Shown: positions 9,542 to 17,900 of the stretch, piece after piece
Position numbering within the stretch: position 1 is the first letter of the stretch
Layout: each line of letters opens with the position of its first letter
Sequence record: SRR20825019_3098
Strand: one strand, 5' to 3'
Length of the DNA stretch: 20,000 bases
The notes under the pieces: model-generated
Databases searched by the model: none
What the model saw: the letters and a program-made list of their open reading frames with translations, nothing else
What the model was told of the DNA's origin: nothing
Program-made: the position numbers and the translations under genes

Positions 9542-9576
9542 GAGCGGATCATAAAGACTAAACAGTAGTCCCTACA

Positions 9577-10497
9577 TTAATACAACTTTGTGAATTCGTA
9601 GTCCGACATCTTTATAGTAAGATCAATTTTCTTAACAGATTTTACAACGTAGTCGTAAGTTGCTCCTTTATCACCTTTCTCCACCATGTGAGATTCTAAC
9701 ATAGTTCCAGTTTGTGTTCCATTGTCGGGCATTGGAATGTTCATTTTCGCTCCAAACGCCATCCCGAAGGTTTTTACCTGATCCATGTTTGCAATCACAG
9801 TTTCTTCGGTGTACCAAACATTCATAGTCATATCGTCTGATTCCATCAGGTATTCTTCACAGAAAAAACCAGCGATTGTTTTCGAATTTCCCGTTTTTAC
9901 AATCGTATAGTTTCCAGCATCTTCCGACAGCTTTTCCGTCTTCTTCGCTATCATATTCGACATGAAATTTAGCGACATTGCCATTCCTGTTTTTCTCTCA
10001 TCATCAAGCGTTACGGTTGTGTTGTTCGCGTAATCTAAGATGACTTTTGTAGAATTTTTATTCTCTTCATCAATGATTTGATTCATATAACCTTTCTCAC
10101 CGTAGCTTAGCACCATATTCACTACTTCAGGAGCTTTTTTCTTTTTCTCTTGTGAAGTAATTTCTAGCAGCATTTCATCCTCAAAATGATAACTGCTTTC
10201 GTATTTTGCCTCGGGAAACAATCCACCACCTTCAACATCAGGAGAAGAAGTTGTATCTATTTCCGCTGGAGCACTTGGACTCGGAGCCTCGTTCGTTAAA
10301 CTTTGTTTCGACTTTTCTGTTTCAACTTTACCTGGGCGTTTATTGCCGTGTAAACTTGTATTTTCAACTTCTTTCTTCGCACTTGACGTTACGGATTCTT
10401 TAAGTCGCTCTAGAATTTGTGATTGAACACTGTTAGCGGCAAATAGAGAAACAAACAAGAGTAAAGTAGTGAGTGTATTTTTGGTCAACATTTTCAT
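9577..10497 (-). CDS. Exported DUF4412-like protein
   Basis: Signal peptide (LLLFVSLFAANSVQS|Q), low-complexity linker, then KTGNSKTIAGFFCEEY...VWYTEE, which resembles DUF4412/GLPGLI-like beta domains. Family assigned by motif recall only. Confidence 0.65.
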   Translation of the reverse strand: MKMLTKNTLTTLLLFVSLFAANSVQSQILERLKESVTSSAKKEVENTSLHGNKRPGKVETEKSKQSLTNEAPSPSAPAEIDTTSSPDVEGGGLFPEAKYESSYHFEDEMLLEITSQEKKKKAPEVVNMVLSYGEKGYMNQIIDEENKNSTKVILDYANNTTVTLDDERKTGMAMSLNFMSNMIAKKTEKLSEDAGNYTIVKTGNSKTIAGFFCEEYLMESDDMTMNVWYTEETVIANMDQVKTFGMAFGAKMNIPMPDNGTQTGTMLESHMVEKGDKGATYDYVVKSVKKIDLTIKMSDYEFTKLY

Positions 10498-10526
10498 AAT
10501 ACCTTCTTTTAAGGGTAATTAGACTA

Positions 10527-10557
10527 CAAAGTTACGTTGATTTACGATCATTCCAAA
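10527..10557 (-). promoter_or_regulatory. Bacteroidota housekeeping sigma promoter for the DUF4412-like gene
   Basis: On the minus strand: TTTG (10554-10557), 19 nt spacer, TAACTTTG (10527-10534). Matches the TTTG-N19-21-TAnnTTTG consensus. Confidence 0.75.
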
Positions 10558-10595
10558 AGGGATTCCCCTTTTTATCTAATCAGGGTTTCCCCCGA
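10555..10595. repeat. Pair of palindromic operator-like sites
   Basis: AGGGATTCCCC (10558-10568) and AGGGTTTCCCC (10582-10592) differ at one base and start 24 nt apart. The first lies within the inverted repeat AAAAGGG-ATTC-CCCTTTT. Confidence 0.55.
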
Positions 10596-10602
10596 ATAAA
10601 GA

Positions 10603-12447
10603 TTAATTCATCGGAAGCGAAATCAGGACAACGGTTCCATTTCCAACGCTGCTATCGATCGTAAGCTCACCATTAAGAAGTGCAACTTGATTTTTCGCAT
10701 TAGAAAGTCCGAATGAGCCCTGTTTTGTTTTGAGATCAAATCCTTTACCATTGTCTTCAATCGTGATGTTTAATTCATCATTGTGAATGGAGAGTTGAAG
10801 ACTAATTTCAGTTGCCGAGGAGTGTTTTTGAGCGTTTTGAACGAACTCCTGACACATTCTGAATGCAATCAAATTTTTGTCTGGACTGCTCATATTAATG
10901 GTTTCCGACAAGGCGAAGAGATGAATTTGCATCTTTTCGCTATTGTTTTCCTGAACAAAGGCCTTCAGCGCTCCGAATAATCCAAGTTGTTCCAAATGAA
11001 GGGGTGACATATTGTGAGAAATCCGACGTGTATTCTCATGTGCCATGGTAAGTGCATCAAGGACTTTTTGGGGAACTTCTTGGTGTTGGTTCAACATCAT
11101 TTTGATGCCTGTTAAATCGGATGCGAGTCCATCGTGAAGTTCGCTCGATAATCTTTTTCGCTCTCGTTCTTCCCCATTAATTACAGCACGCATTAGGTTT
11201 TTCTCTTGAAGAATTGAGAGTGTTTTAAGCTTATTCTTTTGATAGTTTCGAGCAATAAAAAATAGCAAAATCACCAAGAGTAAAGAAAGCGCTAACGCGA
11301 ACATGAACCATCCTTGGTTTCTAATCTGAATTTGATTTGTGAGGTTTTTTTGTTGCTCAATCAGTAAATCACTTTCTTTTTGCGCAGTTTCATATTTAAT
11401 CAGCAGATTATTAATGTATTCCTTATTTTCAATACTCGAAGTTTCCTTGTAGAGCGAGTCGGCAGTTCTTCCGAAGTAATAAGCATTTTTATAGTCGCCC
11501 AAACCAGCGTATGCCTTGGATAAATTTTTACGAATACTATATTCCGCTGTTGTATTTGCGACAACCGAAAGCTCTTGAAATGCTGTTTCTCCATATTTTT
11601 TGGCCTCTTTGAAATCTCCTTTTTCTGTGAGCGCAGTTAACAAAGAAACATTGGTCAAATGAATCATGTTTTGATCTCTCGCTATAATGGCAACGGACTG
11701 GGCTTCACTGAATTCCGCTATCGCTCGATCGAGTTTTTCTTCTTCAAGGGCAATTTCTCCCAAAGCATAATGCGCAAGCGACTTAGCCTGGGAGTGATTG
11801 AGCTTTGCAGATATTGCAAGAGCTTCGAGTGCGTGTGTTGTGGCAGACTTTGTGTTTTTTAGTTTTACTTCTGAGACACTCAGCAGACCAATGATTGTGG
11901 GAAAATAAACCGAGTCTGGATCGGCTTTTAGCGTTGTGTAGGCTTCGTCCAAATATTTGTAAGCGGATTCATAATCACTCAAACTAAAGAAAATATTAGC
12001 AACATTACTCTTAATAAAGGCGGCGTTCTTTTCCTGATCGTGATGCTCGTAGATAGAAATCGTTTTTTGGAAATAGGTAATTGCAGATTTATAATCTCTC
12101 TCAAGAGATAACATAGAACCAAGAAGATTGTAAAACTTACCAGATTCCTGTGCCAATGTATCGTATGAAGCAATCTGTTTGTTGATTACCTTTCGTGAGG
12201 CATCAAATTGTCCAGTAGAAAGCAAGTAACGCGCTTCCCAATAGCGATAAATGTCCGTAAGTTTTTTGGATCGATTTTTTTCAAACGTAGCTTTTGCCTT
12301 GGCAAGGTGAACATCCTTATTCTCCCGATCAACAAGCGCCATTTGGAATGAAGTCGCAACTTCAAGTGAGTCACTTTTTTGCGCAATAGTTACCGCGGAA
12401 TGGAGAAAACAAAAAGCAAGAATTGAAAATGTTAAGATCGCCTTCAA
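10603..12447 (-). CDS. TPR-repeat sensor histidine kinase (HisKA_3, NarX/DegS-type)
   Basis: Signal peptide, TPR-like repeats (YNLLGSM...AITYFQK; HYALGEIAL; NLSKAYAGLGDYKNAY), TM at about aa 380-399, H-box ERKRLSSELHDG (H438), N-box QEFVQNAQKHS and EDNGKGFD. The TTG start is less certain. Confidence 0.9.
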   Translation of the reverse strand: MKAILTFSILAFCFLHSAVTIAQKSDSLEVATSFQMALVDRENKDVHLAKAKATFEKNRSKKLTDIYRYWEARYLLSTGQFDASRKVINKQIASYDTLAQESGKFYNLLGSMLSLERDYKSAITYFQKTISIYEHHDQEKNAAFIKSNVANIFFSLSDYESAYKYLDEAYTTLKADPDSVYFPTIIGLLSVSEVKLKNTKSATTHALEALAISAKLNHSQAKSLAHYALGEIALEEEKLDRAIAEFSEAQSVAIIARDQNMIHLTNVSLLTALTEKGDFKEAKKYGETAFQELSVVANTTAEYSIRKNLSKAYAGLGDYKNAYYFGRTADSLYKETSSIENKEYINNLLIKYETAQKESDLLIEQQKNLTNQIQIRNQGWFMFALALSLLLVILLFFIARNYQKNKLKTLSILQEKNLMRAVINGEERERKRLSSELHDGLASDLTGIKMMLNQHQEVPQKVLDALTMAHENTRRISHNMSPLHLEQLGLFGALKAFVQENNSEKMQIHLFALSETINMSSPDKNLIAFRMCQEFVQNAQKHSSATEISLQLSIHNDELNITIEDNGKGFDLKTKQGSFGLSNAKNQVALLNGELTIDSSVGNGTVVLISLPMN

Positions 12448-12470
12448 ATTTAAGTTGTTTAGGTTCAGGA

Positions 12471-12478
12471 CGAAATTA
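12471..12478 (-). promoter_or_regulatory. Possible variant -7 box for the TPR histidine kinase
   Basis: TAATTTCG, 23 nt upstream of TTG 12447. Confidence 0.4.
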
Positions 12479-12590
12479 CGGAATATTGATAGCCCGACAA
12501 TTAATAGACTGTAAAGTATTTTGTTGATTTATGTAAACGATGAATCATTCTTAAAATACGTTAATGAGCCTTCAAAGCGTGGATTAATTG

Positions 12591-12598
12591 TAACTTTG
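12591..12598 (+). promoter_or_regulatory. -7 promoter box for the dCMP deaminase-S41 operon
   Basis: TAACTTTG, 12 nt upstream of ATG 12611. Confidence 0.7.
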
Positions 12599-12610
12599 AT
12601 AACTGAAATT

Positions 12611-13057
12611 ATGGAAGGCGCAAAAAAACAAAGATACGATAAGGCATATTTAAGAATGGCGACCACTTGGTCGGAACTTTCTCATTGTAAACGAAAGCAA
12701 GTTGGGGCAATCATCGTCAAAGACGGAATGATTATCTCAGATGGTTATAATGGAGCACCGAGTGGCTTCGATAATTGTTGCGAAAACGATGCAGGAGAAA
12801 CGCATTGGTATGTTTTGCATGCGGAAGCAAACGCCATTTTGAAAGTTGCAAAGTCTACCCATAATTGTCACGGAGCAACGCTTTACCTCACACTTTCTCC
12901 ATGCAAAGACTGTAGCAAATTAGTGCTCCAAGCTGGAATTCGACGAGTAGTGTTTAAAGCGGGCTATAAAGACCAAAGCGGTATCGATTTTCTGCGTGAA
13001 GCAGGAGTAGAAGTAGTACAAATTGAAAATCCTTTTGATGAACAATTCGAAAAATAG
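12611..13057 (+). CDS. dCMP deaminase family protein (ComEB-like)
   Basis: VGAIIV, GYNG, zinc motifs HAEANA and SPCKDC. Start moved to ATG 12611, 12 nt after a TAACTTTG promoter box. Confidence 0.93.
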   Translation: MEGAKKQRYDKAYLRMATTWSELSHCKRKQVGAIIVKDGMIISDGYNGAPSGFDNCCENDAGETHWYVLHAEANAILKVAKSTHNCHGATLYLTLSPCKDCSKLVLQAGIRRVVFKAGYKDQSGIDFLREAGVEVVQIENPFDEQFEK

Positions 13058-14624
13058 TGCGTTTTGGATTCCTTTAGTAATGGCCATTTTTATGGCGTTA
13101 GGACTCTATTTAGGAAAGAGTTTAGCTCCAGGTAAGGAAGTCCAACTATCGCAAGGACAATCAGATTATCAGAAAATGAATGACATCATTCGAATTCTGG
13201 ATCAGCGATATGTCGATTCTGTGGATGCAGACGTACTGTTTGAAGAAACGATTGCGGACATGCTCCACAAACTTGATCCTCACAGTAATTACATTTCTGG
13301 AAAGGAACTGTTGGCGATGAACGAGCAAATCGAAGGTAAATTCAGCGGTGTTGGAGTACGATTTTTCATTATTCGCGACACTCTGTGTATCACAAATGTT
13401 CTCGCAGGTTCTCCTTCAGAACGAGCTGGTTTACTTGCTGGAGATAAGATTATTGAAATTGACGGCAAAAAAGTGGCTTCGAAGAAATTGAAGAACGAAG
13501 ACGTCATGGGCTTGCTGAAAGGCGATGAAAACACTGTGGTTAAGCTAAAAATTCTTCGTGGAAAACAGAAAATAGTAAAAGAAGTTATTCGCGGTGGAAT
13601 TCCAATAGAATCTGTAGTTGCTTCGTATATGATTTCACCAGATGTTGGTTTTGTGCGAATTAATAGCTTTTCAAAAACAACTACGACTGAGTTTCGTTTC
13701 GCTTCTAAGCAACTGCTCAATCAGGGAATGAAAAAAATGATTTTGGACGTTCGGAGCAATGGTGGAGGAGTACTCACAGGGGCGACTGAAATCGCGGATG
13801 AATTTCTTCCAAAAGGATATACAATTGTTGAAACGAAAGGGGAACATTTCCCGCCATATAAATACAAGAGTACATCTGTTGGAATGTTGGAAAAGATCGA
13901 AGTTGTGGTGCTGATAAATGAAAGCTCGGCGTCTGCTTCTGAAATTTTAGCGGGAGCAATTCAAGACAATGACCGCGGAACTATCGTTGGTCGACGTTCG
14001 TTCGGGAAAGGATTGGTTCAGGAAGATGTTGAACTTCGCGACAAAAGTAACTTGAGATTAACCATTGCGCGTTATTACACCCCAACAGGAAGATGTATTC
14101 AGAAACCATATAGTGATAATTACGACGATTATTATGAAGATCACCGCCAACGCTATGAAAATGGGGAACTTTACAGTGTCGATTCTACGATGTTCGTTGA
14201 TTCATTAAAATACAAAACGCCAAAGGGAAAAACCGTGTACGGCGGTGGTGGAATCATGCCGGATATTTTTGTTCCTTATGACTCAACGGGAACGAGCTGG
14301 TATTTTGCTGAGTTGCGCTATTCTGATGTCTTCACAACGTTTGCATTTGATTTCATTCAAGGTCAACGTTCAAAGTGGAAGTCTGCTGCAGATTTTAATA
14401 AATCTTTCTCCGTAACGGATGCATTGATTAAAAAATTGACGGATTTCGCCTTTGAGGAAAATCAAATACCGCTGGATAAAAATGGACTTGCACAAAGTAA
14501 GGAGCTAATTCGTCGAGTACTAAAAAGCGAAATAGCCCGCCAACTTTATGTTGAACAAGGCTATTTTCAAGTAGTTAATTCTACCGATGCTGAGGTAAAG
14601 AAAGCCCTCGATGTGCTTCGCTAG
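13038..14624 (+). CDS. S41 family C-terminal processing peptidase (PDZ + peptidase)
   Basis: N-terminal TM, LDPHS, PDZ loop FSGVG, LDVRSNGGG, catalytic SASASEI, GKGLVQ, TIARYYTP and GGGIMPD. ATG 13038 is preferred over TTG 13023; overlaps the deaminase gene by 20 nt. Confidence 0.94.
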   Translation: MNNSKNSAFWIPLVMAIFMALGLYLGKSLAPGKEVQLSQGQSDYQKMNDIIRILDQRYVDSVDADVLFEETIADMLHKLDPHSNYISGKELLAMNEQIEGKFSGVGVRFFIIRDTLCITNVLAGSPSERAGLLAGDKIIEIDGKKVASKKLKNEDVMGLLKGDENTVVKLKILRGKQKIVKEVIRGGIPIESVVASYMISPDVGFVRINSFSKTTTTEFRFASKQLLNQGMKKMILDVRSNGGGVLTGATEIADEFLPKGYTIVETKGEHFPPYKYKSTSVGMLEKIEVVVLINESSASASEILAGAIQDNDRGTIVGRRSFGKGLVQEDVELRDKSNLRLTIARYYTPTGRCIQKPYSDNYDDYYEDHRQRYENGELYSVDSTMFVDSLKYKTPKGKTVYGGGGIMPDIFVPYDSTGTSWYFAELRYSDVFTTFAFDFIQGQRSKWKSAADFNKSFSVTDALIKKLTDFAFEENQIPLDKNGLAQSKELIRRVLKSEIARQLYVEQGYFQVVNSTDAEVKKALDVLR

Positions 14625-16195
14625 CGTTTCACTAATTTATGATGTGAAAAGTTTCCGTTGATATTCATCGAGATAAAGTAGAGTCCGTCGGAAACAACTT
14701 CACCACTTTGATTTGTACCATTCCATTCCAAACTAACTTCCTTAGAAGAAACCGTTTGGTTGTCCATCAATTTTGAGATGAGTTGTCCTTTTTGATCATA
14801 AACATACATCGAAACGCGATCGCCAACGTTCAATGCTGAGGTTGAAATCGTCACCCCTTCACTAAATGGATTTGGATATACCGAGAAAATGGAAGACTCA
14901 TTTCCGATTTCTGGAAGTGAAGCTAGATTCATTAGGCTATCCATGTTGTAGTTTTCATCTCCCGCCTGGTAAAGCATGTAGTGAGAATAAACTAAGAACA
15001 TTTCGTCGGAAGTATTGAGTCCCGCATACACCGTTATGGGAGGAGAATTTGGATTGTGAATATTCCCCGCAGTATTATTATAAACACCATCCGCATAGAA
15101 AGTGGTACCAGTTGGCGCCTTAATCATATTCTTAAAGAAGTAGAAATCTTGCCAGTGAAAGTCCCAGTGACGAATATCAATCATCTTCATTGTGTCATTT
15201 GGACTCGCAGCATCTATCCCATAAACGGTCATTTCTTCACCAAGAAGGTGCATGTGAGGGAAAACGCTCAACACAGAAATATCCGTTGTGATTCCTCCAG
15301 AATTTGGGTATTGCGCCGACACACTTGTAAGTTGATTCGGTGCTAAAACCATGTCCCATTTTTGAATCACGGGTGAGGCAAAGACTTCGCGAATTCCAGG
15401 TTCTCCAGGAGGATAAAAATGAAAGATCACCTTTGTACTGTCGTATTGACCATAGCTTCCTTCAGGGTAATGCATGGCAAAATAAACCTGCGAGTTCGCG
15501 GGCAAAGGAATCCCTAGTTTTAAAGGAGCCGAAGAAGGTAAAGTGAGAGGAGAACTTCCAGGCGTGTATCCCATGATCAAAGATGCGGCACTTGAACTTG
15601 GTCCACCACAATCTCCACCAATGGTATCCGTTACAGAATTGCCAGTTGGATCGATGTAAATTAGCGCGTGATGCACAATTTCTCTGTTCCCCGGAATGAT
15701 CTCAAGCGACTTAATCACTCGGTCTTGCGGAAGGTTTGAAGGCAGTGCAAAACAAACGTAATCATCGCTTCCACTGAGCGCCTTACTCATATAGGTTGGA
15801 ATCTGAATTTCTAAATCTCCCGAACCAAGTATTGATCCTGTAGGAAAAACAGGCGGTGGAGGAGCGTTTCCAATATTCCCTTGAGGAGTACCGTTGGTTA
15901 ACCAATCAAGCATGGTCGTCTTCTCTGTTGGAGTAAGCGATCGATCATGAACGAATTGCTGATAATCGTTGTTTGGTGGCCATGGTGGCATTTCCTCTAA
16001 GTTAATCGCGTCGTACATGGCTAATGCCATTGCGCTTGTCTCGGCATACGTTGTGAGCGGAAACGGACCAACCCCATTGGAGTTATGGCATTTCGAACAT
16101 TTCTCATAAACAATCGCGGCGACATCATCGCTCCATGTTTGGGCGAAAACGCCAAAAGAGAGCAAGCAAATCAATGTGAGTAGAAGTTTTTTCAT
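14621..16195 (-). CDS. T9SS-sorted protein: cytochrome c-like domain + copper type II (PHM/DBH-like) monooxygenase domains + FlgD-Ig/T9SS type A CTD
   Basis: Signal peptide (FGVFA|Q), CSKCH (aa 33-37) with MPPW (M69), VHH (H175/H176), MHY (H242), PHMH (H314/H316), DEM (M399), and a C-terminal VYPNPF...WNGTNQSG...GLYFI...KLVKR. Confidence 0.8.
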   Translation of the reverse strand: MKKLLLTLICLLSFGVFAQTWSDDVAAIVYEKCSKCHNSNGVGPFPLTTYAETSAMALAMYDAINLEEMPPWPPNNDYQQFVHDRSLTPTEKTTMLDWLTNGTPQGNIGNAPPPPVFPTGSILGSGDLEIQIPTYMSKALSGSDDYVCFALPSNLPQDRVIKSLEIIPGNREIVHHALIYIDPTGNSVTDTIGGDCGGPSSSAASLIMGYTPGSSPLTLPSSAPLKLGIPLPANSQVYFAMHYPEGSYGQYDSTKVIFHFYPPGEPGIREVFASPVIQKWDMVLAPNQLTSVSAQYPNSGGITTDISVLSVFPHMHLLGEEMTVYGIDAASPNDTMKMIDIRHWDFHWQDFYFFKNMIKAPTGTTFYADGVYNNTAGNIHNPNSPPITVYAGLNTSDEMFLVYSHYMLYQAGDENYNMDSLMNLASLPEIGNESSIFSVYPNPFSEGVTISTSALNVGDRVSMYVYDQKGQLISKLMDNQTVSSKEVSLEWNGTNQSGEVVSDGLYFISMNINGNFSHHKLVKR

Positions 16196-16272
16196 AGGTT
16201 TTTTTGATTTTAGCTAAGGCAAGTTAATTATAAAACATCCAAAAAGCATATTTTTAGTGCTAAATCATTCTT

Positions 16273-17871
16273 ATGGCTCAGTTCATTCCGCTGAAAACGT
16301 TTCAATCACTTTATAGTAACCCATCCGATCTACTCACAGAGGAAGGTCTGCGTTCATTTTATCAAAATCTTGAATTAAAAGGGTTGGAACTTGCATTAGC
16401 GAGTGGGTTTTCAGAGAAGGATTTCAAAACGAACTTGGTTGCATTTCAAGATCCATCGAGCGTTATTTTTCATGGATGGATTCCCCAGTCAGAGGGCTTG
16501 ATGGAGATTTTGACGAAGGGAAAAACGGCGATCAAATTCATAGACACAAAGAAATTTTTAACGCATCAACTGGCTAAAAAATATAAACGCTTTGTTTCCC
16601 CGTTTTTAGCGGATAAACTATTGAGTTTTGGAGGTGACAGTAATTCCCCTTCAACGATCGCTTTTTCGTATGTCCAACTGCTAGACGAGGATCATCGGTC
16701 TGTAGTCGAAAACGAGTTGTTCAAGCCGATCCAGAGAAAATTGGATGAACTAAAGAGCGTGAAAAAGGACGCTACTAAGGAACAAGAACTAATCGACGCA
16801 GTAAAACCCGCTTGTTCAGACGAAGTAATTGTTTGTGTGAATTATCTTTCTCGCGCCTCGTATGCGAAAAAACTCTCCTACGTGGATGGAATTTTGGACA
16901 TGCTAAGAGCGAAATCGTGCACCACTCGTTTCGCGAATTGGATTTTAAAGCAATTGGAACAAGTGGAATTAAACCGCGAGCACGAGCACAAAATTGTTGA
17001 TTTAAAAACTGAATTGACCCAAGGAGAATTGCAAGTAAGAAATCAAGCTTCTACTAGAACTCCGATCCGATGGAAATCAGTTATTTCTTCGATTATTGTT
17101 TTGGGATTAATTGGATTGACGGCGTACATTATTTATGTCAAACCTTTCAACACGGTGGAGGAAGAAGTCTTCGCGAACGATACATCATTTAAAGAATTTT
17201 CAAAAGAGGAGCGAATAAGAATAGATTCTTTGTTAAAGGAAATTAGCCGCGATCGCGGACCAAAAGAAATTGAAATTGATCCAAATATGCCAATTTATGG
17301 CGGAGGAACAAACCTCGTATTGAGAAAAGCCTTCGCAAATGAAAAAATGGAGCGCGTTTATGAAGATTTAATCTTAGATGCAGATCTGAAGGATACTTAC
17401 CCAAGGGATAGTTGTGACAAAAAGAAAAACTTAAAGAACTACGTCCAAAACGATGGAATCAAAGATCTTGCTTCGAAGAGTGGAAGTATGGATGCAATGT
17501 TAAAAAATGAATCATCGTATGGAATAGTCGTGTTCGTAAGCGAGGACAAAAAGAGTGGAAATGTATATTCCCTTTACTTGGCTCCGCAAGAAACAGTCGC
17601 TTTTAAAATGGACAGATTCAATTCGTTGAGCATTGTTGCTGGAAACGATTATCAAGCATTCAAAGCGCCATCGCAGGCCACTGCAGAAGAACTTCCATCC
17701 GATAAGTTTAACTACCATTTTTGCGCGACTGATGATAATTACAAGGAATCAATCAACACAGCATATCAATTGAAAAAAGTAAGGTCTAGCCAGATTAAAT
17801 TCTTGTTCACAGAGGATAAAAGTGGATATGTTTATCTGCTAGACATTCATAATGTATTGACTAATTACTAG
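16273..17871 (+). CDS. Hypothetical bitopic membrane protein
   Basis: 532-aa ORF filling the gap between neighbours, with one hydrophobic segment (about aa 270-289, VISSIIVLGLIGLTAYIIYV). No motif recognised. Confidence 0.85.
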   Translation: MAQFIPLKTFQSLYSNPSDLLTEEGLRSFYQNLELKGLELALASGFSEKDFKTNLVAFQDPSSVIFHGWIPQSEGLMEILTKGKTAIKFIDTKKFLTHQLAKKYKRFVSPFLADKLLSFGGDSNSPSTIAFSYVQLLDEDHRSVVENELFKPIQRKLDELKSVKKDATKEQELIDAVKPACSDEVIVCVNYLSRASYAKKLSYVDGILDMLRAKSCTTRFANWILKQLEQVELNREHEHKIVDLKTELTQGELQVRNQASTRTPIRWKSVISSIIVLGLIGLTAYIIYVKPFNTVEEEVFANDTSFKEFSKEERIRIDSLLKEISRDRGPKEIEIDPNMPIYGGGTNLVLRKAFANEKMERVYEDLILDADLKDTYPRDSCDKKKNLKNYVQNDGIKDLASKSGSMDAMLKNESSYGIVVFVSEDKKSGNVYSLYLAPQETVAFKMDRFNSLSIVAGNDYQAFKAPSQATAEELPSDKFNYHFCATDDNYKESINTAYQLKKVRSSQIKFLFTEDKSGYVYLLDIHNVLTNY

Positions 17872-17888
17872 GAATGTTCGCTTTTCCG

Positions 17889-17896
17889 TAACTTTG
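17889..17896 (+). promoter_or_regulatory. -7 promoter box for DUF4286-rsmA
   Basis: TAACTTTG-CCGC-ATG. Confidence 0.7.
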
Positions 17897-17900
17897 CCGC

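Noticed and set aside
9556-9570. GACTA-N5-TAGTC hairpin between convergent genes
   Set aside because: 5-bp stem with no T tract; too weak to call a terminator.
12521-12610. 30-aa N-terminal extension of dCMP deaminase
   Set aside because: Starts at TTG and spans the promoter box; family similarity begins near ATG 12611.
13289-13720. 143-aa minus-strand ORF
   Set aside because: Antisense shadow of the S41 peptidase.
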